Of a DNA stretch of 64,000 nucleotides, positions 28,185 through 40,599 are shown piece by piece. The stretch lies in NCBI GenBank assembly GCA_050084985.1, contig JBITNC010000001.1, positions 157,418,001 to 157,482,000 on the forward strand. Direction: 5' to 3'. Below the pieces are notes generated by a model, which was not told where the DNA came from, made no database searches, and worked only from the letters and a program-made list of their open reading frames with translations. The translations under genes and the position numbers were made by a program. Numbering within the stretch: position 1 is the first letter of the stretch; every line of letters starts with the position of its first letter. Origin of the DNA: Nageia nagi (taxonomy: Eukaryota > Plantae > Pinophyta).

Positions 28185-28614
28185 CCAGATTGCTGAATAA
28201 TTGGATTGGTGGTGCAATCCATTGCCATTAAAGGCTACAACTTCTTATTTAAATCTAACCAGATATTTGTTGTGCTTAATCAATTGCAATTGCAAGTACA
28301 GGTGGGAGGATTCAATACACAACGCTAACTCTAATTCAAGCAGAGGAGGAGGAAGAGGAACAGGAGGGGGGGTAGGAAGAGGAAGAGGAGGGGGAGGAGG
28401 AAGAACAAATTCGAGCAGAGGGGGAAGAGCAAGCAGGACCACCACCACCTCGACCACCAGTAGAGGTAGAGGCAGAGAGAAAAGTAGAAGAGAAGGAAGT
28501 GGCAATAGTTTTGTGAGTGCCATTGGTGAACAGCTTTCCATTGCAGGCAGAAGATGTTTTGTCTGTGGAGATCCCTCACATTTTGCAAATGCTTGCCCGA
28601 ATAGGGCTTCATGA
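7991..28614 (+). CDS. TOP3A: DNA topoisomerase 3-alpha, 3' part (7 spliced exons; C-terminal Zn-ribbon, CCHC, GRF, RGG-rich and CCHC regions); 5' exons outside window
   Basis: Hand-spliced product DGKFMVGCQNYPH|CRNVVWLPGAISEASVTNQSCNSCMPG|PVFKIQFKFRRLEIPAQYSTEHLG|CIGGCDEVLAELIQICGTG...CLNCGQVAHTSNEC...[26 protein letters not shown]...FFKWED...FVSAIGE...RCFVCGDPSHFANACPNRAS* is colinear with the plant TOP3A C-terminus as I recall it. All introns are GT-AG, phases are consistent and there are no internal stops. Confidence 0.95.
8651..8729 (+). CDS. TOP3A: TOP3A exon (CRNVVWLPG...CNSCMP)
   Basis: ttttttgcag acceptor, gtattt donor, 79 nt, phase 0/1. Confidence 0.92.
8841..8912 (+). CDS. TOP3A: TOP3A exon (GPVFKIQFKFRRLEIPAQYSTEHL)
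   Basis: cttcttgcag acceptor, gtaaaa donor, 72 nt, phase 1/1. Confidence 0.92.
13200..14400 (+). pseudogene. Retrotransposon gag and protease, disrupted
   Basis: ORFs 13200..13499, 13589..13930 and 13981..14520 split by stops and frameshifts. Confidence 0.85.
15411..16802 (+). mobile_element. Solo LTR (1392 bp) of a related family, inserted in the 3' LTR of element 11035-17791
   Basis: tgtaacatcccc...gaatattaca termini; perfect TSD tcatt; host LTR resumes at 16808. Confidence 0.92.
18296..19127. mobile_element. Non-coding MITE-like (probably hAT-type) element in the Copia IN-RT linker
   Basis: Imperfect TIR ctatgttatta / tagtaacttag; interrupts Copia coding sequence; no clear TSD. Confidence 0.55.
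20816..24811 (-). mobile_element. hAT DNA transposon inserted in Copia gag
   Basis: TIR catagactaaaaaaa / tttttttattctatg; 8-bp TSD-like gattactt/aattacct; Copia gag resumes on both sides. Confidence 0.88.
21314..24240 (-). pseudogene. hAT transposase (BED finger, DUF659, dimerisation domain, acidic tail), intron-containing, disrupted
   Basis: CNKPIQG..RFKGHL, CTMLTDGWSD..RSLINFLV, VTDNTSSY, YWTPCVCHCIDLLLEDIG, PTMGYLYEAM, ASRCKRNWSAF; AT-rich GT-AG gaps; in-frame stops. Confidence 0.88.
27281..27352 (+). CDS. TOP3A: TOP3A exon (GCIGGCDEVLAELIQICGTGGSGS)
   Basis: tttgtag acceptor, gttggt donor, 72 nt; continues the frame of exon 8841-8912. Confidence 0.9.
27472..27603 (+). CDS. TOP3A: TOP3A exon with CCHC zinc knuckle (CLNCGQVAHTSNEC)
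   Basis: tttcttgcag acceptor, gtatct donor, 132 nt, CX2CX4HX4C motif. Confidence 0.9.
27954..28083 (+). CDS. TOP3A: TOP3A exon with GRF zinc finger
   Basis: ctacag acceptor, gtatat donor, 130 nt; [34 protein letters not shown]. Confidence 0.92.
28136..28180. repeat. (CT)n(AT)n compound microsatellite in the last TOP3A intron
   Basis: Read directly from the sequence. Confidence 0.9.
28302..28614 (+). CDS. TOP3A: TOP3A last coding exon (RGG-rich linker and terminal CCHC, stop TGA)
   Basis: gtacag acceptor; WEDS...RGGGRG...CFVCGDPSHFANAC; matches the 3' part of ORF 28201..28614. Confidence 0.92.
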
Positions 28615-29719
28615 TTAAAATTATTACTAACCATGGTTATTGTACCTAATGTTCTGTAATATATGGCTTTGATTAGCGAGTTCTGTATGTCTTCTTGTGT
28701 CCTAATGTATAGGTCAGGATTTGGACTGGTATCAAAAGCTTTTGAATTTTAGTTGTATATTCCGAAATAGAGGTCTTGGCCATTTTGTCAAACGAACATA
28801 CTTTTGATGAATTTTTCAAAATGCATATGTAAATTTTCCTTGTTTTGTGATTAATAATTATTGTGGAAAAATGTAACACTTGTTTTTTGCAATTTATTGA
28901 GATAAAGGTAATTTTTTGAAGGCCCAGCCTATTCAGTACACGAAATACATGCCACAATCCATGTGGAAGCAAGAGAACTGTTGAATTTACACGATGCATA
29001 TTATGTTAAATTTTGTATCTAATCACGAACATATTACGAATTAGTGGACTTATTGAGGTTTTGTTGCTAACAATGACAAGTAGAAATTTTCAATTTTGTT
29101 ACATTTATATGGGCTCTACGATATTCTGTGCACTTGGCCTTCCTTTTTCCTATTATTGTTGTCGTAAATCTAACCTCCATAAACGTAGATATTTGTTTAG
29201 ATTCCTCGACTCTGAAAACAAGACAGACAAGTAACATTGCAAGTTTTTAATCGGATCTTGGATTTGACATATATATGATTGGATTGAAATAGAAATATTT
29301 ACTTGAAACATTTGTAGACCTTTTATCTAAAGCTACATTGTTTTACAAAATGGTTTCTAGTCTTTTATGATTGATATTTTGTTAGTGTTTTCCACGCTTT
29401 TCTATTAAGTAGGTGTGCTCTACCCAAGGGTTTTCTCTTATTTACGGGTGCGAATCTATAACTTGTAAATGCATTCCGAAAAATATTTGTAAAATTTTTA
29501 TCAGCAATATGATCTTTACGAGGGTCTGAAATATAGAATTAAGAGTTCTCTATTCGAAAGACTGAATCATAGGTGTGAAAATTCAAATCCAATTCTCAGA
29601 ATAGAACATATGAAGTTTGTAAACGTACGTGCTCCAAGTAGGAACATTTGATGCAGTTTTATATTCACATAAACCACTATTTTCAGAATTTCAATAATAT
29701 TATTTAATTAAAAGTTGTT

Positions 29720-29863
29720 ATAAACCAGTGTTAAATCAAATCTTAAAGGTGTCATATATCATTGCTATGAAGACTGTTGAGAATTTTAGCAATAAACCAG
29801 TGTTAAATCAAATCTTAAAGGTGTCATATATCATTGCTATGAAGACTGTTGAGAATTTTAGCA
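29720..29863. repeat. 72-bp tandem duplication
   Basis: ataaaccagtgttaaatc...gagaattttagca twice. Confidence 0.92.
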
Positions 29864-31803
29864 AGTATACTACTTGAAGATAATGCAAATATAAATGAAA
29901 TGATGAACAATAATGCAGATCAATTTCTAAAGTTTAGTCTTTTATATATATATATATAGAGAGAGAGGGAGGGAGGGAGGGAGGGTATATTAGTTTAATA
30001 TTTTTGTAAGAGTATTCTAAAGATTAATATTTCCTTTATGTTTTATTAAGTTGGTGATAGATTTAATTCTTTGTCATAGCAACAAAATTGAGTATCAGGT
30101 AGTTGTATCTATTATCTCTTTTCCTTTAGCTCATGCAATTGACTTAAAATTAAAATAGAAACTTATGTAATTGTTAGAACTACCTTTCACTTATGCAAGA
30201 TTATTTTTATTTACTTTCTATGAGATTTAGGTTTGTTACAAGTTTTGTAATGTTTATAGGGGTTGTCATATTCTGGTATATGGGTTTTTGTCAATGTCTT
30301 CATAGTGAAGACATACAACAATCAAGCCAAACTAGATGACAATTGTTCAACCCAAAGGGTTATCATATTCGGTATATGGGATTTCGGCAATGTCTTCCTA
30401 GTAAAGACACATTAACCAGACAAGATAAATGTCAAACCCATAGGGTTGTCATATTCCCAAAAGAGTTTCATATTTCCAAATATAAAATGATTTCGAATTT
30501 CTCAAATAGATAAGTGCTTTACAAACATAAAATGATAATAGAAATGTGCACATAAAGAACAAAAAAACTATAAAAAGTGAGAGATAGAAACTTTATTGAT
30601 AAGTGTGAGGACATGCCCCTAGGTCATGTAACTATGATCCAATACTGACAACTGAATATATTCCCCAATGTTGGTGCTTCCCTCAATGTTGGCACTAGTC
30701 ATCTAATTACCAATCATGTTGAAATTAAACTTTATAAATCACATTCATTACATGTTATTCTTTTTCTATACTTTAAATTGATAAGTCACTTATCTGATTC
30801 TAAAATATGCCATGAACAACCTTACCCTCAAATCAAAATTCTCATTCCCAACTGCCAAAATTTGGTATTTATCCTTGATCTAATCTCATATCATTTTATA
30901 AATCATTCATACCTTAAGCAATATCAATCTCTCACCTATTTTTAAAAATAACCTATGAATGTTAGTATCGATGTTGGCCTTAATGTTGATGTTACCTTGA
31001 GCTTCCACATTGAGCTTAGTCATAAATGCACTTTGTAAATTTGTACATCAAGATTATTTTGCAATGTAGATAACAATTTTCAATGAATTTAATATTTTGG
31101 TCAAGGTCATCTACAAATTTTAAGTGATATATGTATCCTAATTTCAATTTAAATAGCGAAAACCTAATTCATTTGTCACATTCACCTATTGCAATTTGTG
31201 CTTTGGTCTAGAAGAGGGATAGTTATAATTTTGAGCAATTGGCGATTGTTAGAGTTGTACTTAGTTGATTTGTGTTTTCATTTGCTTATTGGTTACCCTT
31301 AGTTAGTTGTGAGGTTATTTTGGTTGTGCAAACATGATGATTACCAAGCAAGACACCCACCATGCTTGCCTTCTCCACAATAAGGTGCCTACTCATGGTA
31401 AGGTTTTTAAATTCTTATCTTCATGTTTCAAGAGGTTTTATAATGTAATTGTAGAAATGTGCCCTATATTTTGTATGGAACCCTAGGGTTTGGCATTTTA
31501 GGATCATGGTGTCATCGTTTTGTGATGTTTGTAGTGACCTCGTTGTCAATATCATAAATTTTTGTCTTGTTTCATTTTTTCATCATTTTCCCCTAGTTTT
31601 TAAAAGGAAATAATCAAAAGATCCCCATGTGGGCATTGGTGTAGGCATCAATGCTAGCATGGTAGATAAAGGACATGTATAATATAGTGTTTTTCTTAGT
31701 CTCAAGATATCATATTTATTTGTAAAATGTTAAACAATTTTTTTTTACCTTTTGAATTTACGAAATTGCATAATATGATATTAATACATACCTCATTTTT
31801 TTA

Positions 31804-32620
31804 GTTGCACTATCATAAGTTCCTCATGGAGCCTAAGCTAAGATCGAAGAGTTGGATTAAGGCATAGAGTTGGTACACCATGCTTACCTTGGAAGAGATC
31901 AACCTCCTCAACCATGTGTGAATGGGGTATTTACTACAAGCCCCATATGTATGGGTGGATAAGGATATGCTCAAAACCTTGATAGAGAGGTGGTTCGAGA
32001 CCACCATAACCCATTTACGTACAAGAGAGATCACCATTATTCTAGAGGAAATTCATAGGATTTTTCATGTTCATATAAAGGGGAGATCAATTTTCATTCA
32101 AGACAGTATGACCCAAAGACTTAAGGGGGAGTTAGCAACATGGCTCATAGGGATTAGAGAGTACCATGAAGGTAAGAAGGAGGCATACCTTCATCGAGCA
32201 TTCTAGAGGAAGGTGAAGAGGGTGAGGCAAGTTTGACTTATTATGGCAATGTATATTGATAGTATTGTGTATCCAAACAAAAACCATGAGATCTTTCCCC
32301 TTGGGCTTATTCATGTTATTCATGAGATATATCGGGGTGTGAAGTTTTCATTGGCACCTTATACTGTAGCATAGTTATACCATGACTTACACAATTTCAT
32401 TATGGTTCTGAAGAGTGGCAAGAGGGAGCACATTCATTTTTATTATAGTGTTGGGAATATAAACATGTTCATGTATTTAGGCCTAGAGAGCTTCCAATAC
32501 TAGGCTTATCAACTAATGATCCTACATGGTTCACATGGGCTAGGCATTGCAGGCTCACTCATCAACATAAAGTAGAGACATGGTAGAAGGTGGTGGATAA
32601 CCTATTAGTCAGTATGAATT
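31804..32620 (+). pseudogene. Plant mobile domain (PMD; MAIN/MAIL-like) pseudogene, probably TE-borne
   Basis: MLKTLIERWFETTITHLRTREITIILEEIHRIFHVHIKG resembles the PMD motif ALVERW..ETHTFHL..GE.TITLEDV..ILGL...G; downstream remnants include AYLYHDL-like words; frameshifts and stops present. Confidence 0.75.
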
Positions 32621-32824
32621 ATCTCAAACAACTATTTAGTTTTTTGTTTTATGTACCTAAAGTAAACCATGAACTATCATGTACCATATGTGATTTTCTT
32701 ATAAGTGATATTATCCATACACCATATGCATCCCTACTTTATTAGGTTAATGAACTAAGGGGAGAGCCAAGGTGGCAAAGGACACCCTGCTACCTTCAAA
32801 AAAGGAATACTTTTGTGGATCCAT

Positions 32825-34199
32825 TGTAACATCCCCTTTTGAGTACAATTGAGGAAATTTAGGATCTTTGGCATCCCTCTTGTAAATAATTTGTTTTATT
32901 TTATTATTGCATTTGTAGTAACTTGGGATAGAAAAATAATGGTCCTTTAGACCCACATTGTGAGCCCCAAAGTGGGATGTTTTCATCCCAAGCTTAGGAT
33001 GAGTTGTTTTATTATTAATTTTATTCACTTTGAGATCCTAAAGATTGATTGTGTGAATCCCAAGACTTATGTGACACCTAGACAACCAAGGCATGGCATG
33101 GATGGGCACTTGTGATCCCAACGTTGGACTTGGGGAGCATCATTACACTTGCACACCTTCACCACACTTAGGGAAGACCCTAGACCCCCATGTTGGCCCA
33201 TGATTATATATATTTGGTGTAAGTAGCCTTTGAAGGCTAACGTTTAGCATGTTTGACACCTAGGCGCATTGAGGAACATATATAACCCCACATTTGGGCA
33301 TATGAGGGCCTCTAAGAGGCTATCATTAGATTTGGAGGTTGGGGTGATGGCTCTTAGGTGAGATCTAGATCTAGGAAATGTTATATATGGCATTGGAGCA
33401 TCATTGTGAGGATATGTTGAATTTGATATCGAAACTATTTCTTCTCTTCGAAGTTCCTAAAGACTTGGTGGTGTCAAGCACCCTTAAGTGTGTAGCTCAA
33501 GTTAGAGTTTAGGAGACGTAGAACATATTTTGACTTATGCTTGAGGTGGTTATTCTTCCTCATGAGTCTTTCCCTTCTTTGAGGAGTCCATAAGTAATCA
33601 TCATCTTTGAATCCATCTGGTGGCATTTCGAAATTGCACTTATTCTCTTCATTGGGAGCTAGCTAATGAGGAAGCCCTTTAGTGTGGCATCCATAGATCT
33701 GGTAGAGTGTGATTGTTCTACCATTGTTGTATGTTGCAGATCTAAAGTTGAAGACTCTATAGCAACATATTTTTCTCCAGTGATCATGTTTTGCACATTG
33801 TATGCCCTAGTTGGCTCTTGGAAGCCAATGTTGAGCCCTTTGGCAATTGTTATTGTTTGTACTTCCTTCATTTTAGGTATTTGAGAGCATTTGCATTGAA
33901 TCTCCATGTATCTTGTCTAATTATAATGTTTATTTGCAATATTATTTTCATTGTGAGTGTGACATTTTATGCTTGGAAGTCATTCATTGCATTGGAGGTA
34001 GTTCATTGGGTTTGATGGTGCCCTAAGTGTGTAATGTCATGTTCCTAGACTCCATTTGTGATGTTGTTGCATGAGATATGGATACCCTAGTATGACGTTG
34101 GGCTTAGTAGTGAGTTATTTTACCTTAGCATTACTTATTTGATAATTATTGATGATTATTTAGCTAATTTCCATATTACAAAATTTTGGGGATTTAACA
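32825..34199 (+). mobile_element. Solo LTR (1375 bp), same family group as the LTRs at 11035 and 15411
   Basis: tgtaacatcccc...gatttaaca termini; perfect TSD tccat; shared blocks such as gtcaagcaccctt and ctttgaatccat. Confidence 0.9.
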
Positions 34200-34262
34200 T
34201 CCATATAGACTTGATCATGTAATATGAAAATTTGGGAGGAGGCAAGTAGTAGCACAACCATG

Positions 34263-37200
34263 TGTAATGTCCCCAATTTGGGACATATAAATGTCTTCCC
34301 TCATGCTTATTCATTATGATCTCTAATACTTAGTCTAGGAATGTTTAATTATCATTTTATATACTTCAAATATTTATATTTGTGCCTAAAGGAATGCACC
34401 CAAAAATACAACATATTTAATGTTTATCAGGTAAGGAAAAAGGGTCGTTTAATGTAATAAACTCCCCTTGACCTAGTCTGCCATGCTTGGGGACATATAA
34501 GATGTTTAATATTTTATTATTACTCCCCTCTTGGTTGGCCATCATGGGAAGACATAATTGCATGTTGAGAAGACTATAAAGGCAAGTCATTTGGTCACAT
34601 GAAGACATCATATTGTGCATTCAATATTGGATCATTCGAAGCTTATGGATGCTTCCCTTCTCTACCTTCTAGGGCTTAAGGTCACTCCCTAGCTTAGAAG
34701 TGGCTTAGCTACACTTCTACCACTTGCATTCACCATTCTTGTCCTAGAGAGCTTGCATTGCTCATTTGGAGACTCTTGGAGATTTGTGCCACCCTTGTGG
34801 AGCCTTGGAAACCCTAGCGCATCACTTTGGGATACTTGGGATACTTGCACCACATATTTGGCATCTTTAAAGTTTAGGGCTTGCCCTAAGATCTTGTAAC
34901 AGGCTTGTAACAACCCTAATCTCATTCTTGGTCATTATTATTGATATTTGGCTCTTATATTACTCTTTAATGTGAATGAATATTGGTACATAATTTTGCT
35001 ATGCTTCTTTCTTAATTGCACATGGGAATGTATGCGAATTGAGTATACTTGGAGCTATATTTTTGTTATGTTATAGATTGATTTGTGCCCTAATTTTAGT
35101 TGAATTTCAACATGTTATGAGTGCTTATATCAGATTTAGATACTATTGTTATATTCCAATTTTAGTGCATGACGTGGATGGTTTATGAGGGTTTTAATCA
35201 ATGCCCTAGTTTGAGAATTAAAGTGGAATTGAATGCTAAATTTAATAAATCGAAGAAGGGTACATTACAGTGGTATCAAAGCTCAAAGTCTTGCCAGCCT
35301 ATGAGGACTTTCTACATGTCAAAGCATCATTACTACATAAGAAGGAATAAGAATCTTTTGGAGATTAAGAGTAGAAGTGAAAGTGAATCAGGAATGGAGA
35401 GATCAAAGAATGTTGATCTAGCACAATAGTTTGCAACCATGGTAGACTTGCTTTCTCAACTTGTGAAGAAGGTGGATGCTCTTGTACCAACTCCATAAGC
35501 ATAAGAGGGATCAAGAAATCCATCTAGGGTAGCCACACCAGACCAAAGAAGTGAAGAATCAATTTTTCCTACTTGACCACCTCTACCCAAGCCGTCCATG
35601 CCCTTGTTCTTACAAGAAGAGGAAAAACCTAATGAAGGCCTTGAAACCTACTTCACTCAATATCAAGGTAAGAGTTCCAAATTCAAGTAAACTATTACAT
35701 TTGAGAGTTTTCTTAATATTATGGGGAAGAAAATAGGAAAAATAAATGATTATCATGATAAAAAGCACCTACAAAAGATGCAAGTACCAATGTTTGACGG
35801 TAACACCCCTACACCTAGGGCTTGGTTACAAAAGCTTCAAATATACTTCACTCTTTGCCCTATGAGAGAGAAACATGCAATCATATTTTCCTCCCTTCAC
35901 CTTGATGGTATAACATATGAGTTATGGCACAATGGGTTCACCACATTAGGGGCATAACAATGTTATCATCTTTGAAGAGTTTTGCCAGAGTTCTTAAAAG
36001 ATTTGAGAGAAAGGATGAAGAATAATATTTCAAACAAATGGTTACACTTAACCAAGTTACTTTCATGGGAAGCTATGTTGAATATTTTTAGAGAAATTAA
36101 ATCATGGTTTTGAATGTATCGGATAAGAGGATAGCTTTCCTATTTATGGAGGGACTTAAGGAACCTTTGAAAGGATTGGTTAAAGCCTTTGACCTACCTA
36201 CTCTACAAGATGCAATCAAGAGAGCTCTTACTCTTAAAGATTATACATTCCAAGGATCAACCAAATCACACCATTTCATACACCTAACATGGGAACTCCA
36301 TACAAGAAGGATAATTCACCACCCATGAGAGGCTCATCAAGTGGAAAGGCCACTTTAGCTCCTCCCACCATATACACAAGAAGAACCAAGAATGAAAGAA
36401 ATGAGCCAAGAAGGAAGAATCTATGTTTTAGTTGCAAATAACTTGGAGATTGATTCATTGTTGCCTTGGTAAAGGGGTAATACACTACATTGAGATTTTT
36501 TCACAAGTAGAGTCATTCGATGAAGAATTTGATACTAATGAGTATGATGAAGATGAATAATCATACAGAACCATGAATATGCAAGGTCCCAATCCTAATT
36601 CTACCTCACCAATGACTTCAAGAGGAGGAACACTAGCTACATTGAATGGTATGAACCAATACTTCACTATCATGGTCCCCAAACAAGTTTTGGGAGAAAA
36701 GGTTTTAGTTTTGATAGATGGAGGTGCTACTGATAAATTTGTCAATGAGAAGCTATCCACTGCCAAGAAGATGAATACCTAACCATTTCTAGGTTTTTAT
36801 GTGATAGTTGGGAATCTGAATATTACACCCTATAAAAAATATGTGCCCAAGATGAAGGTTAATTTGATAGACTACACTATTGAAGATGACTTATTCATAT
36901 TCCCTTTGGAAGATTCACCTCATGTTATCTTGGGGGTACAATGGCTAGTATCCTTGGGAGACTACACCACCAACCACTCAACTTTGCAATTCAGGTTCAA
37001 GAGTGGAGATCGTAAAATCACACTTCAAGGCATCAAAGAGGATAAGAACCAAAATGCTTCCATTAAGAAATTGGAGGTAGCCACATCAAGTGCAAAAGAA
37101 GAAATTGCATCAAGCATGGGACTACAAGAGGATAAAAGAAGACCATGGGAACAAAGATGGATTTTTACACCAAGAGGCATCCAAGAAAAAGGTACACATG

Positions 37201-40200
37201 TGACTCCATGTACTTTTAGTTCCTCTTCACATTCTTCTATTTTTGAACATAGAATCAATCCCTTAGCTTATCTAGAATTCCTTCAACCCCACCAAACATC
37301 CTTTAAAAAGCCCAAGATGGCCACTAGACCCTATATGTATGGAAAACTATTAAAAAAAAGATCCCTCATTCACCCACCAAGAAATTAAAAAGAGATATTA
37401 GAGGATTCATTAAGCCTTTGGTAAAACCATTCAAATACCCCATCTAAAATTAGAGGGAAACCTTATGGGAGAACCCATTCTCACCCTAGTAGATAATGGA
37501 GCCACAAATAACTTCATTAATGAAGCATTTTTCCTTAACACAAACTTAGAGAGAGTTGAAACTCAATAGTTTGGAGTCACCAATGCTAGAAGATACCAAA
37601 CCATATGAAAATAAATGATTATGGATCTTGAGTTGATCATTGGAAACCATAACATCATAAAAGACTTATACATCTACCCCATGGGTTTCTCACCTCACAT
37701 TGTCTTAGGAGTTCAATGGTTAGATAAATTAGGATATGCCACCTTCAATTACTAAAAGTTGGAAAGTACTTATGAAGATTTCCGAAGAGAAAGTTTTCCC
37801 ATCAGCTATGACACATTTTCAAGCAAATATAACAAGGGAAACCTCAGTTATAGGAGAAGACTACCTTGGTAAAAAAGGGTAAAAGACATGGTTGCATAAG
37901 TTAGGCTTTTGTCTACATTTGGTAACCAGTAAGCAAGACATCTTATGGGTGACAAAGGTAGCATTACAAAGCTTCATTGGTTAGCAATAATTAGCCCTTT
38001 GAACAATAGTGATCTCAATTTTAATAAATTTTATGGGAATCTTATGATATTCAAATAGTCCAAACTCTCATTCCCCATGGAGAGACAACTTAGTTGATTC
38101 TTATGGTAGTTTGTTGGACATGTTTTCATCTTTTGAAAACATACTTAGTTTGGGATATGTGAAGTGGAAGGACATTAATAAAAGATTGCTTCAAATAACA
38201 ACAAATAGGGACAACAATACTTCCACAAGTTATGACAATATTTGCATTATAAAAAAAGGTAAAAAATCATCTCCTATAGCAAAGGAAATCCAATTTAGTA
38301 TCTTTGATTTTTATAATAGTATTGGATTCTTGGTCGCCATTATAAAAGTATCATACATGTATGCGAAGGATAAAATGAAGGATAATGAATGGTCGAGTTT
38401 TGTACAACAAGGTATGATGATTTTGAGAAGGGGAAACAACCCTCTTCATTTTTATAACAACCATAGCATATCTCAACTTTTGATTATACATATAAGGTGT
38501 AGATTTTTGTTGAGTTCATACTTGAGTTTGGGGTAGCTAAACACACTTTTACACAATATGTTATTTAAGTCCAAAAGGAGATAACAACAAGGAAGAAACC
38601 ATCTTATGATGCTTCATACAACAACACGTATGAATCTTGATGTTTCCAATCAAGGTACAAGTTTGCAATCATGTATGTATCAATTTGACATAAACAAGGG
38701 CATATCAACCTTGAATATTGGTTTGAAGATTGACATATTTAGAGAAATATAGTTTATGGACTTGAAATGCAATTCATTATTGATTGATTTGCATCATGTT
38801 TTGGTTGGTAACAACCCTACCAAATTCAGTTCATTTGGCATAAGGGATATAGCAACAAGATCAAATAAAGGTGAGGCACTTGGTAAACACTTGAACAACA
38901 TCCTCATATTTGTAAAAAGTGCTACATCAACCATGATTACTCACATTCTTGGGATAACAAGGCATTATGATCAGATTTGATACATGATACAAGGTTGGAG
39001 GTTGGATGAATCTACATCATCAACAACATTTCTTGCTTATGCACTTTGGGAAAAAAACCTCTATAAGTACATAGTCTTGACATCATCAAGGGACTATTTT
39101 GAAGAACTCTTAGATAGATTGTTAGCACATTTGAAGGACCACTATGGGGCCAAACGTCACTTGGAAAACTTGAAGACAAGGCAAAAAGACAAGCATCATT
39201 TTAGGATATGTTTGGAATTGCATGAGGGAAAGTAATTTGAAGAGGGTGGACTTGTAATATCCCAATTTGGGACATCTAAACATCTCTCCTCATGCTTATT
39301 CATTGTGATCCCTAATACTTAGTTTAGAAATATTTATTTGTCATTTAATGTACTTCAAATATTTATATTTGTTCCTAAAGGAATGCACCCAATAATAGGG
39401 CATATTTAGTGCTTATTGGGAAAGGAAAAGGGATCATTTAATATAATAAACTCCCCTTGACCTAGTTGGCCATGCTTGGGTATATTCAATATGTTTAATA
39501 TTTTATTATTACTCCCCCTTGGTCAGCCATCATGGGAAGACATAATTGCATGTTGAGAATATTATAAAGGCAATTCATTTAGTCACTTGAAGACATCATC
39601 TTGTGTATCCAATATTGAATCATTCAGAGCTTAAGGATGCTTCCCTTGTCTACATTCTAGGGCTTAGGGCCACTTATTAGCCTAGAAGTGGCTTAGCTAT
39701 ACTTCTACCACTTGCATTCATTATTCTTTCCATTTGAAAGCTTGCATTGCTTATTTGAAGACTCTTGGAGACTTGCACCACCTTTGTGGAGCCTTAGAAA
39801 CCATAACACATCACTTTGGGATACTTTTTCCACATCTTAGAGTCCATATTTGGCATATTTGAAGTGTAGAGATTACCCTAAGAACTTGTCACAAGATTAT
39901 AACAACCCTATACTTATTCTTGGTCATTATTATTGATATTTGCATCTTGTATTGCTCTTGAATGTTGCTTCATATTTATGTTATGCTTCTTTCTTTATTG
40001 TAGATGGGAATGTATACAAATTGAGTATTCTTGAAGCCATATTTATGGTATGTTACAGATATAATTTGTGCCCTAGTTTTGGTTGAATTCAACATGTTAT
40101 GAGATCTTATATAATATTTAGCCACTATTGTTATATTCCAATTTAAGCACACGATTTGGATGGTTTATGAACATTTTAATTGATACCCCAGTTTGAGAAT

Positions 40201-40251
40201 GAATGTGGGATTGAATACTAAATTTAATAAACTATAGAAAGGTATATTACA
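34263..40251 (+). mobile_element. Non-autonomous Ty3/Gypsy LTR element (gag + two tandem protease domains, no RT/IN)
   Basis: LTRs 34263-35269 and 39253-40251, PBS tggtatcaaagc 35271, PPT gaagagggtgg ~39239, perfect TSD ccatg; gag PRAWLQKLQIYF; proteases LIDGGATDKFV..ILGVQWL and LVDNGATNNFI..VLGVQWL. Confidence 0.92.
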
Positions 40252-40599
40252 CCATGCCATCTAATAATACACACAGGATACATGACCTTAGGATTTATGA
40301 AGTATTACATGTATACAAAATCATGATATGGGCGGATAGGGATAGGACCTTCTCTATAACCATAATTCCTAAGCCCTCCATTGGTGGCCTCATCACTCTT
40401 AACTTTCATTTAGGACTCCTTATAACATAAAACTATCATAAGAACTTTCATGTATTAATATGGCATGAGCATAACATAAGTAATGTGATATGCCAAAATG
40501 GGCACTTACTTCACATTGAGCTTATCACCAAAAATTATCAAGACTAGGGTAGTCATACTATAAATAATTGTACTAATGAGGAAGAAGTCTAAACCTTGC

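Noticed and set aside
28245-28634. Pro/Leu-rich minus-strand ORFs
   Set aside because: Antisense shadow of the GGA-rich last TOP3A exon
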